A stretch of 64,000 nt of DNA from Terriglobia bacterium (GTDB taxonomy: Bacteria; Acidobacteriota; Terriglobia; 20CM-2-55-15). Below the pieces are notes generated by a model. That model saw nothing but the letters and a program-made list of their open reading frames with translations. It ran no database searches and was not told the DNA's origin. Both the position numbers and the translations under genes were made by a program. Location of the stretch: contig CBDAPB010000032.1 in the NCBI GenBank assembly GCA_965198265.1, positions 2,557-66,556 of the forward strand, in the 5' to 3' direction. Shown piece by piece: positions 26,648 through 34,900 of this stretch (positions within the stretch are counted from its first letter, which is position 1; each line of letters opens with the position of its first letter).

Positions 26648-27966
26648 AGCGTGACGAACTGATCGTAAAGATCGAAGCACACGACGCAACGATCGCCGTT
26701 ATCGGCCTGGGTTACGTCGGCCTGCCGCTCGTACTCCGGTTTGGAGAAGTCGGTTTCCCGGTAATCGGATTCGATGTGGATTCGGTGAAAGTAACCGAGC
26801 TCAACGCCGGCCGTTCCTACATCGGCCACATCGAAGGCGAACGGATCGCCGCGTTGCGCGAGGGTTCGAAGTTTGAAGCGACGGCGGACTTCACCCGGCT
26901 GAGGGAGACCGATTGCATCATCGCCTGCGTGCCGACACCCCTGACTTCGAAACGGGAGCCCGATCTCCAGTACATCGAGAAAACGGCGGAATCGATCGCC
27001 GCAACGCTGCGGCCGGGGCAGCTCGTGGTCCTGGAAAGTACGACGTATCCCGGGACGACGGAGGAGGTTTTGCTGGCACGTTTCAAAGAGGGAGATCTGA
27101 GGGTCGGCGAAGACTATTTCCTTGCCTATTCGCCGGAACGAGAGGATCCGGGAAACGAACGCTTTTCCACTCAAACCATCCCGAAGGTGGTCGGCGGGAC
27201 TAGCGCCGACTGCCTGAAGGTCGCCGGAACTCTCTACGGCCAGATCATCGACCAGATCGTAGCGGTTTCCTCGACGCAGACCGCCGAGCTCGTCAAACTC
27301 CTGGAGAACATCTACCGGTCGGTGAATATCGCCCTCGTGAACGAGCTCAAGCTCCTGTGCGACCGGATGGACATCGACGTCTGGGAAGTCATCGATGCTG
27401 CCAGCACGAAACCCTTCGGCTTCACGCCGTTCTATCCCGGGCCCGGACTGGGCGGCCACTGCATCCCGATCGATCCCTTCTACCTGGCGTGGAAAGCGCG
27501 CGAGCATGGCTTCGCCACGCGTTTCATCGAACTGGCCGGCGAGGTCAACACCTCCATTCCCCGATTCGTCGTCGAGAAGATCGCCTGGGGCTTGAACGAC
27601 CATGGCAAGTCGGTCCGCGGAGCCGACATCCTGATCCTCGGCGTGGCATACAAAAAGGATGTCGACGATGTCCGTGAATCTCCTGCGCTCGAGATCATGA
27701 GTCTTCTCCAGGAGAAGGGCGCGAATCTCTCCTACCACGACCCGTTCGTTCCGCGTCTGCGCAAGATGCGCCGCTACGACTTTTCGGAGTTGTCTTCGAA
27801 GGAGTTAACCGAAGAGCTGCTCTGGGAACAGGACGCCGTCGTGATCGCGACCGACCATACGGACATCGACTATCAGTGGATCGTGGAGCACTCGCCGCTG
27901 GTGGTCGACACGCGCAACGCGACACGGGATGTGTCAGACGGGCGCGACAAGATCGTCCGGGCCTGA
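26644..27966 (+). CDS. nucleotide-sugar dehydrogenase (UDP-N-acetyl-D-hexosamine 6-dehydrogenase, WecC/WbpA/TviB-like)
   Basis: It has the N-terminal Rossmann motif IAVIGLGYVGLP and a catalytic Cys region. The start overlaps the DegT stop (ATGA). Confidence 0.8.
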   Translation: MKRDELIVKIEAHDATIAVIGLGYVGLPLVLRFGEVGFPVIGFDVDSVKVTELNAGRSYIGHIEGERIAALREGSKFEATADFTRLRETDCIIACVPTPLTSKREPDLQYIEKTAESIAATLRPGQLVVLESTTYPGTTEEVLLARFKEGDLRVGEDYFLAYSPEREDPGNERFSTQTIPKVVGGTSADCLKVAGTLYGQIIDQIVAVSSTQTAELVKLLENIYRSVNIALVNELKLLCDRMDIDVWEVIDAASTKPFGFTPFYPGPGLGGHCIPIDPFYLAWKAREHGFATRFIELAGEVNTSIPRFVVEKIAWGLNDHGKSVRGADILILGVAYKKDVDDVRESPALEIMSLLQEKGANLSYHDPFVPRLRKMRRYDFSELSSKELTEELLWEQDAVVIATDHTDIDYQWIVEHSPLVVDTRNATRDVSDGRDKIVRA

Positions 27967-28014
27967 TGCGTCGGAGGCCAGGGGCATTCGGGCCCTGACC
28001 CCGGTGTTCCGCCC

Positions 28015-28452
28015 TCAGCGTCTCTGTGCCGAATCCACATCAATCACATGAAACTTTTTGTTTCTACCCCATCTGTATACGTTGAAATCGGAATCGAACG
28101 TCAGGATTCGCGATTCCTGGTACATCTCAGCACATCGGACAAGGCATGCGTCAGCCAGCGACACTGGCCGATCCGCATACTTTCGTAGAAGCGCTTCAAT
28201 CCCGGACCAGTGGTCCACCAGTGAAATCAAAATCTCATACATACCCTTCTGTCCGAGAGCGATCACTTCTGCGGGACCTGCGGGGTCCACTTTTCTCATC
28301 AGAAAGCAGGCTTCGGCAACCACCGCTTCACAGCATCGAAAGGGTGGGAGGCTTTCAGAGAACAACCGCGTGGCACGAATATGGTCGACATCATTCTCCG
28401 AGAGGAGGGCGACCAGCGGACCAGTATCCAAAAGGATTCCCGCCCGGTTCAC
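28015..28452 (-). CDS. PIN-domain toxin (VapC-like)
   Basis: The sequence (V)NRAGILLDTGPLVALL... has the conserved acidic PIN residues. The GTG start overlaps the antitoxin stop (GTGA). Confidence 0.65.
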   Translation of the reverse strand: MNRAGILLDTGPLVALLSENDVDHIRATRLFSESLPPFRCCEAVVAEACFLMRKVDPAGPAEVIALGQKGMYEILISLVDHWSGIEALLRKYADRPVSLADACLVRCAEMYQESRILTFDSDFNVYRWGRNKKFHVIDVDSAQRR

Positions 28453-28688
28453 TTGCCGAAGCCCTCCAGATGCTTCCGGTTTCGGGCCAGATCCCGAGGA
28501 CCTTTCTTGAACTTGCCCACGCTCGTTCCGGCGACGTCCAGCGCGCTCGGCCGTTGCCCCACCTCCTGGAGGACCAGGCGCAAACCGCGGCGAATCAGTT
28601 CCGACTCCGAGCAACCCGTGGATTTTTTCAGATCCTCGAGAACCGCTCGATCTTCTTTACTGAGGCGGGCATGGATGTAGGCCTTCAT
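28449..28688 (-). CDS. ribbon-helix-helix (CopG/RHH-type) antitoxin
   Basis: The 79-aa protein MKAYIHARLSKEDRAVLEDLKKSTGCSESELIRRGLRLVL... sits directly upstream of the PIN gene. Confidence 0.65.
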   Translation of the reverse strand: MKAYIHARLSKEDRAVLEDLKKSTGCSESELIRRGLRLVLQEVGQRPSALDVAGTSVGKFKKGPRDLARNRKHLEGFGK

Positions 28689-28967
28689 GGTTCCAATGTA
28701 GCACAATATTTCTAAATGTGCGACGCAACGTTCTCTGCCCCCGGCGCAAAGAGCAGCGTCGTACGTCGCTCGTGGTTGCTGATCGATACGCGGATAATCA
28801 CCCCGTCTGTGCACCACACCCCTAATCGATGATGGGAAGGGATGGCCAGCTTCGCAGGGGTGGTGGTGCATCCACTCCTCCTGAATTCAGGAGGAGTGTG
28901 CGAGAGGTGGGTGACGCGAAAAGATTATTCGGGCCTGAGGTGACTCCACCTCAACTGCCCGGTAGCC

Positions 28968-31900
28968 CTACTGGGGTAGTTCTGCGCCCTTGCGCACCTG
29001 GTGGTTCAAACCGTCGATGATGAACAGGTTGGTACCGTTGCCGACGATGTCCATCGGGCTGTTGAACCGGGCCGACGTGCCGCTGGAGTTGACGAAGCCG
29101 GATGTGGGCGCCGATCCGGCGATTGTCGTCACGACGCCGGAAGAGATCACGACCTTTCGAATCACGTGGTTGTCCCTGTCGGCGACGTAGACATTGTCTC
29201 CGTCGGTAGTGATCCCGTGCGGGAAGTTGAACTTGGCCGACGCTCCAGTCGCATCCGTCGAGCCAGACGTGCCGGCGCCGGCGAGCGTCGTCACCGCGCC
29301 CGAGGAGATCGTGATCGCCCGGATCGCATGGTTGTTGCCCTCGCTCACGTAGACGGTGGTGCTCGTAGCCGTGATGCCGAGAGGCAGATCGAAGCGTGCG
29401 GCGGTTGCGGTCGCATTGGTGAATCCATTCGATCCGGCCGAACCCGCAAACGTCGATACGACCGCGGTGGATAGCACGATTTTCCGGATGGTGTGATTGT
29501 CTTTGTCCGCCACGAACAGAGACGTGCCGTCGCTGGCAATCGCGTGGGCGGAACTGAACGTGGCGCCCGTACCCGTGCCGTCTGCGGATCCGCTCGTTCC
29601 GGCCTGTCCGGCGAACGTCGTCACGACTCCAGTTGTCACGTTGACCTTCCGAATCGTGTGGTTGCCGACGTCGGCCACGTACAGGAAGTTACCGACAACA
29701 ACACCGCTTTCAGGGAGGTTGAACTGCGCCCCCGTTCCGGTCCCGTCGGCCGTCCCTGCGGTGCCGGAAGACCCGGCGAGTGTCGTGACGGCCCCCGTTC
29801 CGGATGCAACCTTCCGGATCACGTGGTTGTTCGTGTCGGAAACATAGATGTTGCCCGCCGCATCGATCGCCGCTCCCTGCGGGAAGTTCAGCCGGGCCGC
29901 CGAGCCCGTCGCGTCGACCGATCCGCTCTTGGGGTTGGGGCTTCCGGCCAGCGTCGAGAAGTTAAAACCCTCGCCCAGATCGGTCTTCCGAATCGCATGG
30001 TTCTTCTCATCGGAAACGTACAGGGTGCCGCCGGATATGGACAGGAACCCGGGTTGGTTGGACCGTACGTTACTGGCCGTGCTGCCCCCCACAAACCCGG
30101 AGGTTCCGGCGGTGCCCGCGAAGGTGGTTACCGCCTGGTTCGACATCTGGATCTTCCGGATCGTATGGTTGAGCCGGTCGCCGACGTACAAATTGGTCGC
30201 GTCCGTAGCGATGCCGACCGGGCCGTTGAATCGGGCCGCCGTGCTCGTGCCGTCTGCGGAACCCGAGACACCGGACGCGGGGCCGGCGAAGGTCGTCACG
30301 GTGTGTGTCCCGCCGGTTGTGACCTTCCGTATCACGTTGTTGCCCGAATCCGCTACAAAGAGAACATCGCCGCTCGCTTCGACGAGACCCTTGGGCGTAT
30401 TTAATTTCGCGAGGTTATCATCCGCATCCACGAACCCTGGCGTTCCGGCTACCCCCACCGGGGTCGTCACGACACCGGAGGAGATGACGACCTCCCGGAT
30501 CGAATGATTGCCGCTATCGGTGACGTAGAGCGATGGGGGAGAACTACCGCAACAGGAAATGCCGAACGGAAGGTTGAATAAGGCCCCAGTGCCGGTTCCG
30601 TCAGTCATCCCGCTGCTGCCCGCCGAACCGGCAAGCGTCGTCACGACACCGGTCGCAACCACGATCTTCCGGATCGTGTGGTTGAACTGATCCGTGACAA
30701 ACAGGTTCCCGGTGCCATCGCTCACGACACCGGTCGGACCGTTCAACCGGGCTGCGGGACCCGTCCCGTCCGTCGTCCCGCTGTTGCCGGCTGAACCGGC
30801 AAGCGTCGTCACGACACCGGTCGCGATCACGATCTGACGGATCGTGTGGTTGGCGAAGTCCGCGACATAGATGTTGTTGTTGTAGACGGCGGTTCCGTTT
30901 GGTGTGTTGAACGCCGCCGCCGATCCGGTCCCGTCTTCGGTCCCAAAACCCTGGCTTCCGGCCAGGGAGCTGATCACCAGCGAGCTTGCACTCGTGATGC
31001 TGCTGGCGTTGATCGTAAAAGCGACTGAGTTGACTGCTCCCGCAGAATTCGTGACGCTGATAAACTTACCCCCGCTCGACGCTGTCAGTCGGAGGACCGC
31101 GCTGATCTCGGTATTGCTGTTCACCGTGAAGGACAGGACGATGATTCCGGCACTGGGGTTGACCGATTGCGCGCTGGTGAATTGGTTCCCGGTAATCGTG
31201 ACGGGAACGATCGCGCCCTGGATCCCCGAGTTCGGTGTGACCGACGTGACGGTCGCCATGTCGTTCACGATCGTGAACCCGGCAGTGCCGCTCTGGCCGT
31301 TGGCCGTCGTCACCTTGAAGGTGTACGGACCGGAGTGGCCCGAGGTGATGCTGATCGTAACCTTCAACGTGGTCGAACTGACGAACTCCACGTTGGTCAC
31401 GGTTACCGAAATCTCCAGGCCGCCGGCGAGCGTTACAGTTGATCCAGGAGTAAAATTCGTCCCGGTCAGGGTCATCACGACCGACTGGCCTGCCACCGGA
31501 TTCGTCGGCGATACCGACGTCAGTGTCGGAACGGCGGTCGGGATCGAGTCCGTGGTGACCTTCAGCGCCGCGGCCAGAACCGCCGTTCCAGCTTGGGTGA
31601 TGTTGCTGTCATCCCGTTCCTTGAACAGGAAGGTGTCCTGGGAGTCGAGTGGATTGATCTCCGACGCAATAGCATGCTCCAACCCGGTCAGGCCCGTCAT
31701 CACCTGGTGACCGGTCGTGTTCAGGCTGGCGGCCGGCAACGTGGTGACGGTGTTGTCAAAGCTCCCACCCTTGATCAGGCTCTTCGTCCCCATGTCTTTC
31801 AAGAACACATTCGCCACGGTTGAAATCGAGTCGTAGGTTCCGGCCTGCTCCCCGACAAAGACGATTCGGCCGCCGTCGGCTACGAACTGCTTCATCGTGT

Positions 31901-34900
31901 TGATCTCGACACCCGTGAAGATGACACGCGGCAGCCACAGGAACAGGACTTTGACGTTCGACGGGATGCTGGTCATGCTCCCGGAGGTGGAGTTGACGAC
32001 AGTCGTCGTCAGGCCCGCACTCGTAAACTCGGCCTTCATGAGATCTGTCTCAGAAGTACATGCGGACGAGTACCCCGAGGATCGACCGCAGTCAAACTGG
32101 ACGACGGTTCCGGAGTTTCGGGAACCCGAAGAGGTGAACGAAACCAGGTTTCGGGCCAGGAGCTTGTTGTTCGGATTGGCACCACCCGGGGATTCCTCGT
32201 AATCGTCGTCCATGCCTTCGCTGTCAAAGATGTCGACGTCGTTGAAGACGAGGATTTCGTTGGGAACGAAGGCTACGGTTCCCGTGGTAAAGGAGTAGGT
32301 CGACGTCCCACCGCCCCCGGCGGCCGTGGCGACGTTGATAGCCTTGAGGATATGCTCCCCATCGGCGAACGCGGGCGCAACGATGGTCACGGTCCGGGTA
32401 TCCAACTGCGTAAAAGTTAGAGGTCGGTCATCCAGGACCAGCTGGGTTGTGTCGCCGAAACCCTCCAGGATGATGGTCAACAGTTGGCCGGCTTTCGCCG
32501 TAGAGGGGTCCGGCGTGACCGAGACGATCCGCACAGTCGGGGCGGGGGCCTCGAAGTCCGTGAAATCCACGGCGTTGGATTCGGCTCCGTCCGGGTTCTT
32601 CACCGAGATCGATCGGGTGCCTGCGGGCGCGGGCGGAAGCGTCACCGACATCGACGTAGACCCGTTGAACCGGCCGCCGCCGGGCTGTCCGTCAACCAGA
32701 ACATCCGCCCCTTCGATGAAGTTCTCACCGTTGACCTCGACGCTGTGGTTCTCGCCAGCCACTCCGCGGTCGGGCTGGACACTCGACACAATGGGAGGCC
32801 GGGCGGTGACCCTCAGCGAAACGCTGTTGGATGTCACCTGGTTCGTTACCGTAACGTCGTGGTCTCCCGCTGCCGTCCCCGCCGCCAGATCGAACGTCAG
32901 GGTGTTGGCATCGACGAAGACGCTCGCCACCGGGCTGCCATCCAACTCCACTACGGAGTCGGCTTTAAAGCCGCTTCCCGTCAGCGTGATCGTCGTCGAC
33001 GCAGAGCTATTGAAGGGCACCGTATCCGGGTCGGCCGCGTCGATCTTTGGGACGAGGTCGCGAATCGTGAACGTCACCGCGTCCGAGGTCCCCCCGCCCG
33101 GCTCCGGAGTCACCACCGTCACCGACAGCGTCCCGGCCCCCGATACGGCCAGGAACGACGGTATCGAGCCGCCATCCACCGACAGCAACGTCTGGATTCC
33201 CGGCCCGCGCGTCAAATCAAAGGCCAGGCTCGTCGTGTTGAGATAAGTCGTATCGACCGGCGACCCGTCCACATGCACCATCGAGGCCCGAACGAAGTTC
33301 CGTCCCGTCACTGTCACCCGGATGGGAAAATCTGCCAGGCTTGCCTCCGACGGCTCCAGCCCATCGGCTACTGGCGCCGGATTCCGGATCACAAGCGGCT
33401 GAACCGCCACCGCCTCCCCGCCTAGCGGCACAATCACTCCGATCGTCAGACTGCCCGGCAACCGGGTGAACGCTCCCGGTATCGTCCCCGTCACCGTCGT
33501 CGCATCCCCGAAGTCAGTCGATATCCGCGTCCCGTCCACCGTAATCATCGTGTCCGGCGTGAAGTGCTCTCCCGTCACCGTCACGGCGACCGAGTCGCCT
33601 CCCGCCGGGGCTTCGATCGGATCGATTCCACTGATCGACGGCGCCTGCGGCACCACGCTGATCGAAAACGAGGCCGTCTTCCCTAGCGAGTCCAAAAGTC
33701 CCGACAGTGTCCCTGCAGTTTCGAACAGTTCGTCCGGCACCGACGCTTCGATCGAATCCTCCGTGACCGTCGCATCCAACGTCCGACCCCCGAGCGTCAC
33801 CTCCGTGATGCCTGGTGCGAATCCTCCACCCGAAACATTCAAAACCACCGATCGCGATCCGACAAATACGGACGACGGCGACACCGACTCAATCACCGGG
33901 TTCTCTACCTTGGGCTGCGGCGCGGCGATCTTAAACGTTAGGGACTGACTCGTCCCTCCGCCGAGAGACTGGCCGTCGACCACAACCGCCGGGTTCTCCA
34001 GGAATACGGCCACATCGCCCGGTTCACTCAGTGCCGAGCCCGGAATATCTACCGTCATCTCGGTCGCCGACGTCTCGCTCCCGGGAAGCTCGAGCCCCCC
34101 GAAGTGCACGATCGTGTTCCCGGTGATCCCCTGCCCCCTCAGCGTCAGGCTCGTCGAAGTCCCCACTTCCCCCTCGGTCGGCTCCATCGTAAACAAGGAC
34201 ACCCCGGTCGGCAGCGTCAGAATCCGGGTCGCCAGCGGGTCCGCCGGCGGCTCAGATACTTTGTCTCCGGTCACGACCCCGAACACCAGCGGAGCCGTCG
34301 CGTCAAAACGGACCGGCTGCGCGTCGTCGGCCGATATCGAGCTCACCTGCAGCAGCTGCTCCAGCAATTCCCCGGACAATATCGCCCGCAACTCCGTCGT
34401 GCTGACGAACGTCGTCGGCAGCGGCTGCCCGTTCAGCGTCACCACCGATATCGGCGCAAAACCCGTCCCCGTCACCGTGATCTCGTGCTCCACAGCTCCG
34501 GGCGGAAGCGTCTTCGGCTGCACATCGGTCAACCGCGGCGTCGCGAACGGCACCCGGATCAGCGTCACATCGTTGCTACCGAAGTTGGCCACCACCGCCA
34601 TCTGCGACGCTTCATCCACGTCCACCCCGAATGCCGCGCTCCCAACCGGCACGTCCTCTACCAGTTCCTCCCCTTCCAGGTCGACGATCGATACCGTCGT
34701 CAACCCTCCCAAATCTGTCGACCCCCGCACCAGCCCGCTGTTGCTCACCACCGCATGGCTCGTCAACTCGTGGATGCCCACTCCCGTCGGTGCCGTCCCC
34801 ACATCGAGATTGCGGATCAACTGCCGGGACCCCAGGTCGATCAAACTGATCGTGTTGCTGCTGGCGTTGGCCACTACCGCCAGGTTCTTCCCTTCATGGA

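Noticed and set aside
24262-27738. ORFs 24262..25263 (+), 25538..26512 (-) and 26611..27738 (-)
   Set aside because: They are antisense to the secreted hypothetical, DegT and UDP-sugar dehydrogenase genes.
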